A stretch of 43,197 nucleotides of DNA, taken from NCBI GenBank assembly GCA_023334545.1, contig JAADVB010000165.1, positions 1 to 43,197 on the forward strand. Direction: 5' to 3'. This stretch comes from Salisapilia sapeloensis CBS 127946 (taxonomy: Eukaryota; Protista; Oomycota). Positions within the stretch are counted from its first letter, which is position 1. Each line of letters starts with the position of its first letter. The notes below the pieces were generated by a model that did no database searches, was not told where the DNA came from, and saw nothing but the letters and a program-made list of their open reading frames with translations. Below are positions 9,989 to 23,408 of this stretch, one piece after another. A program made the translations under genes and the position numbers.

Positions 9989-12315
9989 CTCGCGCTATCT
10001 GACGTAAGTCGAAGAGAGCTTGTTGTTGAGAAAGCAAAAGCTAGAATGAGCTTCCGGTTGTCCTAGGGCACATCAGGAAACAGACCAGCATAGCCTGAAT
10101 GATTGGCAATGCCAAGCCCAAGAGCACGGTCGATGATGTAAAACTTCGTCTTAAGCTTGTACCAGAAGAAACGCGACGACGCATAAGCCACAGGATTGGA
10201 TAACGTGCGAGGATCTTCTCAGATAGTGCTGATCGTAGGCGTGGTGCGTGCTTCCCACCAATAGCAATCCGCACGATTAAGATAATAAAATGCGTCTAGG
10301 GCCAAATTAACCTTTTATGCAAAAACAATACGATGAAAGGTGAGTGTGTACAATCAATACCTGCCTGGCTCACCGGCTGCCATCAGATTTCAGTAGTCGT
10401 TGGATCAATACTGAATGTGGCGGGCGCGTGGCACGAAGCAATCAAATTCCGTGTTGCATATGGATGGTCATTAGCGCCGAAATGAAAGCATGGGTATATT
10501 ATTCAGCAGAAAGCAATTAATGCATGCTTCATTAAGGCGATGGACGTAGATTAAGACTTGGTGATTGCTATTAATTTCTATCTCGGATTGACCAAGTGAA
10601 AGTATCAAAATAGCGTTTGATTATCAGTGGCGGCACCACGTTTGTAAGCAGGTGAAAACATCTGGGAATTGGTCACATTGGATGGTCTCATGCTGACAGA
10701 GCTAGATTACAGTTGAGAAAATAGCTGGGGATTTGCGAGCACAAAAAAACTCGTTATAATTGATTGTTTCTCTACGTAGTATACGTGCTTGGGGTTTTGG
10801 CCTGTAGTAGTTAAAGATTTTACCTTGTATTATGAATTCCTGCCCACAAGTGACCAGGTTGCTACCCTACGACCGCTAATATCACTATCTTTTTGTGCAC
10901 TGCACAGAACTGTGGAATGCCAAATCTTCAGTCTATGCACAAATCTGATCAACTACGAAGACATGCGAGGCTGTCTGACCTATCCGACTATTCGGTCAAT
11001 CTATCGTTCAACGCTATCCATTGCTTAAGCCATCCGCATTCCTAGTTTTCGTGCGTGTCAGGACGCATAAATCGGGCTTCATCCAGTCTGAACTATACTA
11101 CTGAAAGCTTAATTGTTTAATCAGTTTCTCATTGCATATGCGATGCGTTATCCAATCTGATTGCCACGTGCGTACGAAGGTCCTTAAAGTCATATTGGTC
11201 TCGCATTAGCCTGACGCATGCACAATCGTTCTAATAGCGAAAGGATGAAAAGTGTGCATGACAAATTAAGAAAAATGAATTAAACATCCATCCGACGAAT
11301 ATTTCTGCTCTGGTGACTGAAAGAATCATGGAGCTCCGATACAAATTGAAATAGGTTTTTGATCAAGCATTTGCTCCGACCTGAAAAATAGCCAATGCAA
11401 ACGGGATGTTCGCTGATAATACTCTTGATGCATTGATTTGTGCGTTGAATTGCGAGCACGGATGCATGCCAAACGATGGATGAAAGCCCGATGTTTCATC
11501 CTGTTTTCCAGACTGCGCTGTCGCATCTTTACAATCGTGCACAGTCTATACCTGAAGATGAATATTGAGTCCTCGCCAGACCCTTCGGTATAGTGACAGG
11601 ATGACCATGCCGATCACTTCTATGCATATGAAGAGTTGTAATCAAACAACGACAATCCGATGATACTGTCTTCGTCAATACACTACGATTTCGAAAACTT
11701 CTCGCAATTGCCTTTCGAATCGTTGTAAATTAAATCACGCGTAAGAGTGAAGCGAACTGTATGAACCACTACAGTTACCCTGCCAGATAGGTGCTTTTAG
11801 CTCTTCATTGGGTCATATGAACACTTCATAAACATGTATACTTGTGATAAGTCGTATGCCACGCATTGATCCTCAAATTTGTTAGAGCTTCATGCTTTCT
11901 ATTAGTGTGCTATAATTTCAATGTTACCTGACGTCATGATTTATACGCGGACTATGCTGTAATTTATCATATCGTATCAAAAGTAGCAGCGTCAAAAACT
12001 AAAATAAATTAAATTTGTATTGAAGCACATGCAGGAGCAAAAACGATAATAATTGCTTCACCAACGTGTAACCAAACAATGGTAGCAATATTTACACTTT
12101 TTGCCGAGTGAATGTTAAGTTTGGCCAAGATTTCTACGAAAGTATCTGGGTTGCTTATCCACTGAGACGCAAAAGTAGTTTTACAAAACTAGCACGATAT
12201 TGATATATGTACTAACATATAAAATAGCGAAACATATAAATAAATTGACTACTCGTTGTATGTGTATGCATACTACACTGTAGTGCATATAGCGGACAAC
12301 AAAAGTTGACACGAA

Positions 12316-12781
12316 ATGAGTTCGAGCAAGATTGGCAGCTACGCTGGAGGCTTGCTTTTCGGTATAGCCTGGTGGATCTTTATTGATGGCGCGATTGCAG
12401 CCCCTGCCGATGTGCCTATTGATTTCACCAAGTACGTACCCGGCCTAATTTCGACCCTTGCATTTTTCCTGTTAAACACCCTTGACTGGGAAATGCTGTC
12501 TTCCTCTTCCATTGCGTATGGGCCTGATGCTGCATCTCGAGCCAGGTATTTCGCATAATATAAATCTATCCTGCTTTTACATATCCTGACATAAATGCAG
12601 AGTTTTTGTGATTTGCTGTGTCGTGCTATCTTTCGCTGGATTGGCTGGCGGCATCATGGTGTTGACAAAGACAGACTGGGGCGAAGACAACTCCAAGTAC
12701 CCAGGGATTGCAATCTTACTTCAAAATGTATTTCTTTTGCTGGCCACATTCACCATGCGGATTGGCACGTTGAAGCTGTAG
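12316..12781 (+). CDS. Vps68/TMEM50 (UPF0220) four-TM protein, 2 exons
   Basis: Reads YAGGLLFGIAWWIFIDG...YVPGLISTLAFFLLN. Intron 12546-12600 (55 nt) joins ...VLSFAGLAGGIMVL...YPGIAILLQNVFLLLATFTMRIG, with stop at 12779-12781. Confidence 0.88.
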
Positions 12782-12817
12782 CTAGCTTAAATAACGAAGT
12801 GAAAGCACTGTCTCGTT

Positions 12818-15800
12818 TTACTCGTCGTCATCTCCAGATAAACCTTCATAGCATGTTTTACCCGCAGCATTCGGGATCGTGTCATCAGCTCCTTTCTCTA
12901 TTAGATAATTTGCCATATCTCTGTGGTTGTACTCGATCAGATAATGCAAGGCCGTGTTTCCGTGGATGTTCTGTCAAGGATGAACTGTTATTACTCGATC
13001 AGCAGTATATGTGTATAAGTCGTACCTGAGCATTCATATCCACTCGCCGTCGCATTAAAAGCTTTGCAATCCTCTTGTCTCCCTGTTGACATGCGAGGAT
13101 AAATAAGGAGTTACCATGGTCGTCTCGAACATTCATGTCCACTCCATCGTCCAGCAGAGTTTCGAGCTATATTTTGAAGACATTTCTAAGCAACAGTATA
13201 GTATATGACGAAAGCGTGCATACCCCTGAAATGTTGTTGGTTTTGGCACAAAGCAATGCTTTAGCCACCTTGTTTAATTCCGAATTTTGCGCTTCTGTAA
13301 CATCTTCCTCATGGGAGTTGCCGACTTTCTTAGATTGAACGTCTAGTCTTCGCATTTTCTCGTAAAGATCGTTCCTTATTTGTGACGTGAACATCGTCTT
13401 TAGCTCCGGATCTAGCTCGTTTATTGTATAGGCGCTGCACTCCCATGGTTTTCTTATGCCTACTGGAGATGGTCTATTCGTGCAATTGATCCACGCATTT
13501 CTTTCTCTTTTTTCATCCGCAGCCACAACATGGGTTCCATATACGTTTTCATGAAAATTTGGAGTCAGTCGAGGACATCGATATCGACGCCACCCTTGTC
13601 CATAAGAAAGTTTTCTTTCACCGTTCAAAGCTCTCTTCTTTTTATGCAAAGATCTTATCTTTAATTGCATATTCTCTCGGTTATCTCCCTCCTCCTTTAT
13701 CATCCGCATCAGCTCACTATCCTCTTCTTCATTACTCAAGCTGTCTTCAGCTGCCTCTGTATTGTCTTCCATATTAGAGGGAAAGTCATAATCGTAAGTG
13801 CTAGCTATTGCCTGCTGGCATAGACCGAGTTTTTCTTTCAGTTTTTCGAGAAACTCTTCATTTGCTAATAGGTTTTCAATTAAACCTTCTTGATCAGAAG
13901 CTTTTTCAACGTCAACAGTCGGAGTTGGATCGGTTCGCGAGCTGAGAGGGTACGTTTTGCGCTCACTGTCAGTTAAACGAAATCCTTCTGGTTTGTCGAA
14001 CGTACACCGATCGCGTACATGGACAGCATTGCTTTCAATCGCAAAATAAAAAGCAACTTGGCTCTCACGAATCATTCGTTGTTCCCATTTCCCACATGCA
14101 CCAGTTGCGTCAGACGCTGCGAGCCTATCTTCCCACTCTTTATTTTCTTCCAATATCACCTTTTCATCGTCTTCTATATGGTTAATTTGTTTCTGCAACC
14201 AAGCCTTTTCCCTCGCTTGCTGTCTTTCAGCTTCCTCCTTTTTAGCAGCAATCAATAGACGCCCTTGTTCCAATCTTACTTCGATCGCTTCCATTTGTCG
14301 TTTAATTTCTTCTTTCTCTCTTTCTTGAACCAAGCGGTCCAGGTGCTTGGATAGCTTATGTACATGCACATCCCGCATCATTTCGTGCGTTAATAAGATG
14401 ACGAAAAAGCTACAATCCGGGCGCGAATAAAAGATTCCGTTCGGATTACTGATAATATCAATGAAATCCTTTGCAATTCGTCTTCTGGTTAACTCTCGAT
14501 CCTCTTCCTCGATGGAGTGCCACGTTGATCTTCCACATTTCCCGACAGTATTTGGCTGAGCCAGTTGGACAGCACACATGCGAGCACTGACGTCAAAATC
14601 CGGCTCAACAGCGTTGACTGCAATTAAGCTGTCTCGAAAGCCACGTGACCTCAGCAGTTCGTCCTGATGTTGCAGCTTTATACAGAGTGTGTCTTTATCA
14701 TAATAGAAATAAGGGTTATGCGTCAAAGTTGTGGGTGGATATCGTCCGTCGAGGTTTGAGAGTAGTTTAGCTTTCTGTAGCTCAACTGTCAGAGAATGCA
14801 TGACCTCTGGTATGTAGCTAGGCTGGAAAAGTACGTCGATATACCCTTGATTTCTTGGGTGATGTATACTTCTGTCCGGCGGATGTGGCGTTGAGTACTC
14901 GTGAATCCAAGCTAGCAAGACTGGAGCCCGTATGGTTGCATCCAAAGCCATCACCAGTTTAACAAGAACAGTGTTGGATGAAGATGTTTTCGGGTCCCGC
15001 TCGAAAAGTGCCAATGCTCTTGTCAGGTCCATGTTTCGGATACCGTCCAACTCGAAGTACTTTTCGTTGGAATCAACAATACATCGAAGAAGCGGAGCCT
15101 TGTTCTGTAATTGAGCTCCCAATACCTTATTAAGTAAATTCGGACACGCATCTTCGTCCCACTGACCACAGACTAGCAATGAAAGAGGAAGTAGTTGAAA
15201 GTCTGTAATGTCGATCTGCTTATTCTCTATGGTAACTCTAGATCGGTCCGTGTGATTTCCATCACGACTCTTTGGTGCTCTCGCATGACGAAACTGCTGA
15301 TATGCATCATTTAATGGCTCGACATGTGCCTTTGATCTCCTCTCTGAAATGGACTGAATTTGCGAGTAGCCTCTAGAAATAGAAGCGATGTCCTTTCGAT
15401 CCTTTAAACCGTTCTCATCGTCATAGTTTTTACTGTGATTAAAGTGATCCAGGTTTGTCAGCCAAAAATGGTTCACATCAAAAATATACGTCTTCTTCTC
15501 GTTAAGCAGTCTTGTGCTTTTCTTCGTGGACAGATTGGCAAGGTCAATCTGATTGTGTGCTTTGTCGTATACCGGGTGTCGTTCGTTGAAAGCTTTAAGC
15601 TTAGCCTGTTCTTCTGGGTCTTCTGTCTGCTGTATCTGTTCAATCGTTTGGTGATATTGGATTTCGCGGTTTACTTCACATCGATATAGGTTGTATAAAT
15701 CTCGAAGTGACCAGCTCTGTGGATGGAAGTTTGGCAACTTTTGATGCCTAGGGAGTATTTGTCGATGATGATTGCATCCAGTTCGCCGTTGAGGATTAGA

Positions 15801-16430
15801 CCAACAAGCTAGACACATCCGAGTTTCGACACTGTGACCCGGTTTCTGAATGTTAACAATCTTTTTCTCTCGAAGACCAATTAGCTCGAGCATAGCTTCC
15901 ACACCGTCCACTTGTTCAATCAATGATTTATTTGTTGTAGGTTTTGAGACTGCTTTCGACAGTGGCGATTTCATCAGCTTTTGCACCATTGCCACTTTTC
16001 TTTTCGTCGCAAATCTTTCACTTTTGCTGTACACAGGAGGAAGCTGTATGTTGTTACTTTTGGCTATTCTGCCATCAGTTAAGCTAATAGAGTCTGGGGA
16101 GAGCACCGGAGAGCTATGAATCTTCGGTAATTCACCTTTAGAGTTTATTGACTCTGTCTTCGTATTGGGTCGCTCCTTGTTGTTAGACTTTTTGGAAGGG
16201 CTATCCGATGCATTTCCAGCCTTGTAGTATTGCTTCAGCTGGTCTTTTGTAATAGGATTGAGTTTGGAAGGAGAAGAAGTTTCATACTTGTGTTTGGATT
16301 TGCCTTGTTTCTCCTTCAAAAGCTGGATGCGCTCCTTCAGTGCATTCTCTGTTTGCTTCTTGTTATGATTCTTAAGTACGCGGCGTGCTACGTTCTCGAC
16401 GCCGTTGATGAATTGATCCAAGTCACTCAT
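12818..16430 (-). CDS. Large (~1166 aa) uncharacterised protein with coiled coil, WW-like segment and C-terminal ankyrin repeats
   Basis: First in-frame ATG at 16430 (MSDLDQF). Introns 13223-13167 and 13025-12971 add the ankyrin repeats DDHGNSLFILACQQGDKRIAKLL and NIHGNTALHYLIEYNHRDMANYLIEKGAD. WW-like segment: KWEQRMIRESQVAFYF...TFDKP. Confidence 0.85.
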
Positions 16431-16613
16431 AACATACGAAAAGTCTTTTACGACCCACAAGACAAGTAGTGTATTTTTATTGTCATTTCCGTTTTGAATC
16501 TACTGACTAGCGGCTAGCTAAAACGAATACAAAAGAGCACATATATTCTACTGATATCCCTACCATAAGCTCAAGAATTTATCGATGTAGGTGACTATAC
16601 ATACGAATAGCGC

Positions 16614-17302
16614 ATGCGCTCAAGTCTTTTCATCCACATTGCTCCCAAGCAATTACTAGGATATCTTCAATTCCATATCTCAATTCGCCACGCTTTGGCA
16701 GTCGCATCTTGTAGCTCTGTACAGATTCTTCGTAGAAAATCAAAGTCATGCCAGCCTTCACGCGTCGACTTCATCGGCAGCCTTGCATCAAGTGGTTTAA
16801 CAATGCAAGACAATTCAGTCACAATGCGTTCATTCTCCGTTTATCTGGCGCAAGCTGGCAAAAAAGTGACCTCCAGGAAGACCTGGCCTCCCCAGACGTC
16901 TTGCACTTTGAGCGTGGATTGCCGATTTGCGGTTTCTCGTGGTATGGTAAATCGGAGAATGAACAGCATTGTGCAAGGCTCAAAAGTAAGAGTAGATATG
17001 GTTTTAGTTTGGATAGTCAAAAGGTCCTTTCGGACTATGCTGGATAGATGAAGATAGAGAAAACAGAGAAGATACGAAGCAACTACGATACACGCTGTGT
17101 AACGCAGAAAGCTTCGAAATCTCGGTCACTTACCTCTTCCATCTACCATCTTTCGAAATGCACCATGGAATCAATCAGCTTTCCTCACCACTACTTCTAC
17201 CATTCTAAGAACTGCCCAGCAAAGTGCTCTTCGCAATGTATTACCGTTAATATAATTTCGGAAATCTTGAATTGTACATTTAAAGGTCTAGCGATTCAAT
17301 GA
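16614..17302 (+). CDS. Hypothetical 2-exon protein (uncertain)
   Basis: ORF 16614-17051 has a strong donor (AAA|GTAAGA at 16986). A 62-nt intron to 17047 would join it in frame to ORF 17048-17302. No recognisable domain. Confidence 0.3.
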
Positions 17303-17452
17303 ACCGCTATAGGAAAGTTTGAGTAGAACCAACAACAGTTTTGTGCGAATTCGTTTTCATTTAGATTCGTCGCTCGAATACCATGATTTCGTGCGTTCAC
17401 ATCTAATTTGGAAGCTTTGCGCACAAATGCTTTATTAATTTATCTGTCACTT

Positions 17453-18245
17453 CTAGGCTGACAATGTTGAGTCTTTCTTGGATCGAGAACTATCTGAAAA
17501 CGAGATTTTAGGCATGGACTCAATAAAGTTGCTTCGTGAACTTCCAAAATCCTTGTTGCGGACCCTAAAAATGAACATATTTGTTTGATATTTGGCTAGC
17601 TTTGATAAAAACGAGGTACGAATTGCGTTGTGCAGGATGTACCTGAATGAGGTATCATGAAACGAAATGGAGTCGTCCTTGACACTAGGGCTTGATGTTG
17701 TAGTTACGTCAGAGATATGCATGCCGAGCTTGCGCTTTTGACTCGGACTGTAAGTAGCTGTTTGAACATCATTAGGTTTAAATTTATACACAATTAACTG
17801 ATGACCCAGGCTTCCTACCTTCATTATCCAAATCGAGATTGTCCGTTCTTGTTCTTCGTTTGCCGTTTACCTTTCTGTCCGGTGAGGATTTTGAGACGGA
17901 GATATCGTGAACTCCCAAGTGACCTGGAGGTGGTAATTCGTACACCCACCATGGAACCAGCGAGTCATCATCCGCACTTTTAGTTGAAGTATTGACGATT
18001 TCCAGTCCGCTGACACTAAGAAGAGGACTCACGTGAATGGAGTTGTTTGCAACGGAATCGGCATCAATTGTTAAATTGGTCTTTGTTCGAAGACGTAGCG
18101 GACGCTTTGACTTTTTAGTATTGCTTAAAGCACAAGTTGTACCAGTTGCTGTCTTGCCCGGTTCATCGTGCTCCTTGTCGCCACTTAAATTATGCTTTTC
18201 AATTCGTATATCATTGCCACGATCTTTCTTGTTGCTTGTGGACAT
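17453..18245 (-). CDS. Hypothetical low-complexity Ser/Lys-rich protein, spliced
   Basis: Intron 17818-17758 (61 nt, GTAGGA..ACAG) joins the two ORF-track frames in phase (DNE-A-TYSPSQK). A second in-frame 78-nt intron at 17642-17565 is possible. Confidence 0.55.
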
Positions 18246-18342
18246 GATGGCAAGATTTTTAGATGTCTTCTATCGAGTGGAATAAGGAATCGCAGCGATC
18301 TTGAACGCATGCAAGCGACGATTCATCCAGGCGTTTTTCATT

Positions 18343-21300
18343 ATGAAATTTGGCTCGATTTGTCCAGTAGCTTCTTCCGATATAAATAAAAAAAAGCAAG
18401 ACGGTGAGATGCTTCTCGAAAAGTTATTGGATCCGAATGAGGCTCTCCGACGGCGTCGTATCCGAGCTCGAATCATATATAAGAATCGAATTAAGCGAGA
18501 AGTAAGCAAGGGAAATAAACCTCGTCTTCGAGCTAAGCGTCCTCCGAAAGATGACGACTTTACTCTGCCTATTCATGAAGATGCTAGACCTATGGATTTT
18601 GAAGAAAGAGTTCGAGAAAGTTTGAGTCTTGTCACTTCAAAGAAAGCGACAGGTACTTACCGTACCATTGACGATGGAAACTTGGACGCAAGTGCAGCTA
18701 TATACGAATCTGTGACTGGAATTAATCGAGATGGTCGTGATATAAGCTTGGAACAAGTACAGATGGACGAGATGCTTCTGGAAGTTAAGAATGATAAGAG
18801 GCGTGTAGATATGCCGGAGACGCAGATAGCATCGGCAAGTGTTAAAAACAAGTTGCCATTTGAGAAGAAGCCGTCAGTGCTGGAGAAAAGAGAGGTGAAT
18901 GAAAGTGTTCAAAAGCAATGGATGAATGTATTCAGAGGGATCATGATAGAGAAGCACCGAAGTGTACTCGCGAAAACGCCAGATCGAAGGTGGAGACAAC
19001 AACGCCTGGGCTTATTGCTGTATCGAACAGAACATTATTACGAAGCGTATCAGCATTTACGAAAAGCGATTGAATTAGGAGATGATTCAACGATTACATG
19101 GCGTCGTTTTGCTCAAAGCTCCATGAAGCTGTATCTCGTAGATGAGGAGGAACACTGGGGAAAGTTATGGGACGCTAAAAGCACTTATGAGTGGATCCTA
19201 CGACACGTTGAATGTATGCTTAATCCATATATTTTGTTGGAGTACGAGCAAGTCATTGAGAAAGTGGGGGGTTTTAAATTGGCCATGCAAATCTGTGGGA
19301 CTTTGATGACTGCATTTACCAGCTTTCAGCGGAAGCAATATGTTCAGCTAAGGTTCGTTATCCTTCACAAGTATTACATGTGTCAAAACAAGCACCAGGA
19401 TTTTGATGTTGAAACGATATTGCGGAAGTGCGTAAGTATACTGGAAACCTTCTTACTCGACGATTCCTTCACCAAGGTACGCCGTTTATGCATTCTTGCA
19501 CAGTAATTGTGGACACTAAAGTGAAGGTATTCAACTAGAGCAACCAATACGTGATGATCTTGTATCTCCATGCGCGAGTTGCAGAACTTTTACATGTACA
19601 CCTTCAAACGAATCGAGACAAGGCATCGAGAAATATTCAGTATCATCAAATCTCTCGCCATTCCTTTGAAGAAGTGTACAAGCTTATTTGCCACCATAAG
19701 GTTGATGCTCTTTCATTGCCAGATGATGGCAAGTCCTTCGCATATTGGCGAAAGAGTTCTGACGCATTTTTGAATCTGAGTGAGTACTTTTCGAAGGTTT
19801 TAAAAGAGCCGCTTGTTGCTGCTGATGCTATCTATTTCGCGCGAGAGCTCAAGAAAAACAAAGATGAACCCGAAATCCTACTTTCTTTGGCGAGAAATGC
19901 ATACGATTGTAACCAAATGGAGAGTGCGATCAAGTATATGGAGAAAGCACACGAGTATTGCCCTCTTCTAGAAGAAGCTCGCGAAAGTCTTTGTGCTTGG
20001 TTTCCAGAAAAATGGAAGTACGAACTTTAGTAACTTGGTAAAGAAGAAATTGACTGACGTACACGTAGAGATCGATTAGATTTGGAAGACGCTTGCCAAG
20101 TTCACATCGCTCGGGCATTTCGGGGCTACTGGGATCGAAAGAAAGCATCTCATAGATATAGAACCCAACTGCAGGAAGCGCAGAGAGATTATGACCAGTA
20201 TATTATGAACTTGAAAGCTCGTCGGGATCTGTTGCGGCTTGCTCCACATGTTTACAAACCTCTCTTTGACATACAGAATGAAGCAGCCGTAAGAATACAG
20301 AAGCAGGCAGCCCAATACTTACAGTATGCAAGGATACGCTGGAAGATGATGGAGGAGGAAGAGAAGACGATCAACGCTTATGTAAGACACATTGGCATTT
20401 CCTATTTGGTGCTCTGTAATGACTCTTTGGTAGAAAGCCAAGTACAAAACGCTCAAGTATCGGTACAATCAAAACGTTCGGAAGCAACTTATCCGGATCG
20501 TACCAGAAGAGTATCAAAAACGATTCTTGCGAGAAGAAATTGCGGCCCATACCATCCAGGTAGAGGCCTTGCCATCTATTAGCTCGTAAATATATTGCTA
20601 ATCTTTTGTTGACAGCGATGGTACCGTGGTGAACGAGTGCGAGTGGACTATCGATTTATGCACAGACAACATCGACTTCAGCTTCAAGAAGAGATCAACG
20701 CATCCGTTGTACTCCATTCTTTCTTTCAATATGTGAAACAGAGACAGTTTAGTCGTGATCGAATCCGGGTGTTTATCCGAGAAGCCAAGTTTCTCGTTCA
20801 GCTAGTCGAGAGGCAGTATTGTGTGTTTAAATTTCGTGTTGCGATTGATGGGCATATCCAAGCTAAAAAAAAACGACGTGCTTTAAAACAGCAGGAAGCA
20901 GCTCTCATACGCAAGAGTGCTACATCCATCCAAAGAGCTTGGCGAAAACATCATGGGTGCACGTCGCAATGTGACTTATTCACCTCACAATCTTCATCTA
21001 ATTTTGCCCATGATATGCTGGAGAGGCTGCACAGGGACGAGATGAGGGAACAGGAAGAGTTGGAGATAGCAAGAAAAGAACGACAACGTATTGCAGCTAC
21101 CTGTCTCCAGTCTCAACTGAAAGGATGGTATACACGCTGTTTGATGCGAGGTGTCTGTAGTGACCTGATATCGACCTTTGAGCCGCGTGCAAGTCGAATA
21201 ACAGCGTTTATGGCAAAATGCGAAGATCGAATGAGTCTGCTTTTGTCGGATATGTACTCAGAGGAGGACAGAAAGATGTACTTGATTCGACACTTTGGCG

Positions 21301-22169
21301 TATTGCTCATTGAAAGTGGACTGACAATTGCACAACTTGATACTATCCTTCGTCCTCCGACGCCGCGACTCTCGGCTTTGGTCATTCGAAGCACGGTCGT
21401 TAATGATCCGCTCTACTCTTCTCTCTTATCGATCTTAGAAACGCAGGTGGAAATCAAGGTATTGGCATTCCAGCACGTCCAATTCCATCTAGCAAAAGGA
21501 GCATTCTCACGATTGGTGAGACTTTTTACGACCAAGCTCTTTGGTTTGGAGCAGCTCTTGTTCGAAGATGTCAATTGTGGAGATCCTGGTCAAGCGTGGA
21601 CTGATGTGGTGGATGCCGTCGGCGACTATTTCTTCGGACGCTATGGGAAGCTGCATACACTCAGTCTTTCGTCGCTGGGTCTTCAAGATAGTGTGATGCA
21701 ATCCGTGTCGTCAATGCTGACGACCAACCACGTGCTGACAAGCCTGGACCTCTCCTGCAACGCCATCGGAGACACGGGAGCGATGGTTCTGGCACAAGGC
21801 GTGCGTGCCAATACTTTTCTGCGATGCTTGGACCTGTCAAGCAACCACATCCAAAGTCGAGGTGCCAAAGCCATCGTTTCAAGTGGTCACTCGTTGCAAA
21901 CGATCGATCTGGGCAACAACTTCATCCTACGAGATCTTGTACCGTTCCTTACGATGTCACCACCAACGATCATGATGGATGCCAATCTGGTCGTGGCGAA
22001 CGTGTCTGCGCGGATCTGCGGGACGGGAGAAAAAGCTGTCCTTCCTACTCCGCTCTCACCTACCAGGTGGCTTCAAAAGCAGTCAAACAGGACGTCCAAG
22101 GAAGCTATCAAATGGCCTCGAAAGCGCAACAAGAAGCCCCCGGCCATCCTGCCGGTGCACATTCGATAG
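18343..22169 (+). CDS. ~1200-aa protein with TPR-like helices, several IQ motifs and C-terminal RI-type LRRs, 5 exons
   Basis: Introns 19477-19538, 20018-20068, 20382-20433 and 20560-20615 all keep frame. IQ-like motifs: IARAFRGYWDRK, IQRWYRGERVR, IQRAWRKH, LQSQLKGWYTR. LRRs: LTSLDLSCNAIGDTGA, LRCLDLSSNHIQSRGA. Start codon uncertain. Confidence 0.85.
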
Positions 22170-22265
22170 AGAGAAACGTTTACAGCCTTTTGGACTCCTT
22201 GTTTTTGTTAAGATACCTAAAAGATCCAGGTCGGAAAGAATGAAAAATGTCCTTGGTAATCTGGT

Positions 22266-23408
22266 CTACATGTCGCCCTCGTAGATAAGCTCTTCGTCGT
22301 CCTGTTTCTTGCGGAAGATTTGGTCGCCCTCCCCAAGCGATACGTCGACGGAGGACGGTCCGATCGGTCGCTGCAGTGGTGCTGGCTTCTTTTCTCCCGC
22401 AACTCCCGTGAGTGGCGTCATGACCTCTTCGTAGTCGTCTGACGCTTCCTGCTCTCGCATCAACGCCGTCTGTCGAGCGCTTTCTCGCACCTTGGCGCCG
22501 ACGTGGATTAACAGCATGATGAGGGCGACACCGCCAAAGACAATGCCCGTGACGGCCGGCCCGGATAAGGAGACTCCAGGGTTGGCTTCCTTGACGTACA
22601 GCTTGTATGACTTGTCCCAGTCCGAGACCAGTCCCGACTCCTTCTTGCAGCACTTGAGGTGTTCTCCCCACATGCCGTTCGTAATGACACACTTGCCGTC
22701 AAGTCCTTGGCACTTTTCCGCCAGGTCGTCCCACCTGTATGTGGAGGATTTGTCGTACTAGAAGAGAGAAATTAGATCGTACATAACCTGTCTAGATGTG
22801 CTTAAAGGTACCTTGAGCGTGGAAGAGAGACAGCCAGCGAGGACCATGGACGTGCCCTCTGGATCTCCGTAGCAGCCTCCGTTGATCTGCTTGCTGCCCG
22901 ACACGGATTTCGTCTTGTCCGTGTACTTGACGGCAGTTCGACCGACAGCCCAGAAGCTTTCGCAATCGACCGAAGCGAAGAGCGTCGCGAATACGTTATC
23001 CGATGGCGGGTCGTTCGCACGGTCGATACGCCATTTGAGAGTAGGACCGTACAAGAAGCCGCAGCTCTCAGCGTCCGGCGGACTCGCCTCCTGCTGACAG
23101 TCAGGCATTTGGGTCGAGTCGCGCTTGTCGGCGTAACAGCATCCGTTGGCCTTGGCCTGCGTGTAGATGGACGGCAAAGAGCTCATGAGCGTCTGGTTGC
23201 TCAGGTTGAGCGTGGTGCCATCGGGTCCTTCCTTGGGCGTGATGCACGTGTAGGGGCACGTGACGCATCCGCCAAAGTCGCCGTCGTAGTTGGACCAGTC
23301 CTGCGTCGAGACCTTGATGTCGTAGGCGGCGGACTGGTTAAACTTGGATTTGGCGTGCGCGGAGGCCGCGAGTCCGAGGGTCGCAACGAGCCAGAGTCCG
23401 AACTTCAT
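22266..23408 (-). CDS. Cys-rich type I single-pass membrane protein with signal peptide, 2 exons
   Basis: Signal peptide MKFGLWLVATLGLAASAHA, then a Cys-rich ectodomain. Intron 22811-22758 (54 nt). TM segment AVTGIVFGGVALIMLLIHV, followed by an acidic cytosolic tail containing Tyr motifs (YEEV, YEGDM). Confidence 0.87.

Noticed and set aside
10100-10520. Fragment KPKSTVDDVKLRLKLVPEETRRRI, vaguely transposase-like, and a nearby ATGAAAG|GTGAGT donor
   Set aside because: No catalytic motif, terminal repeats or extendable frame were found.
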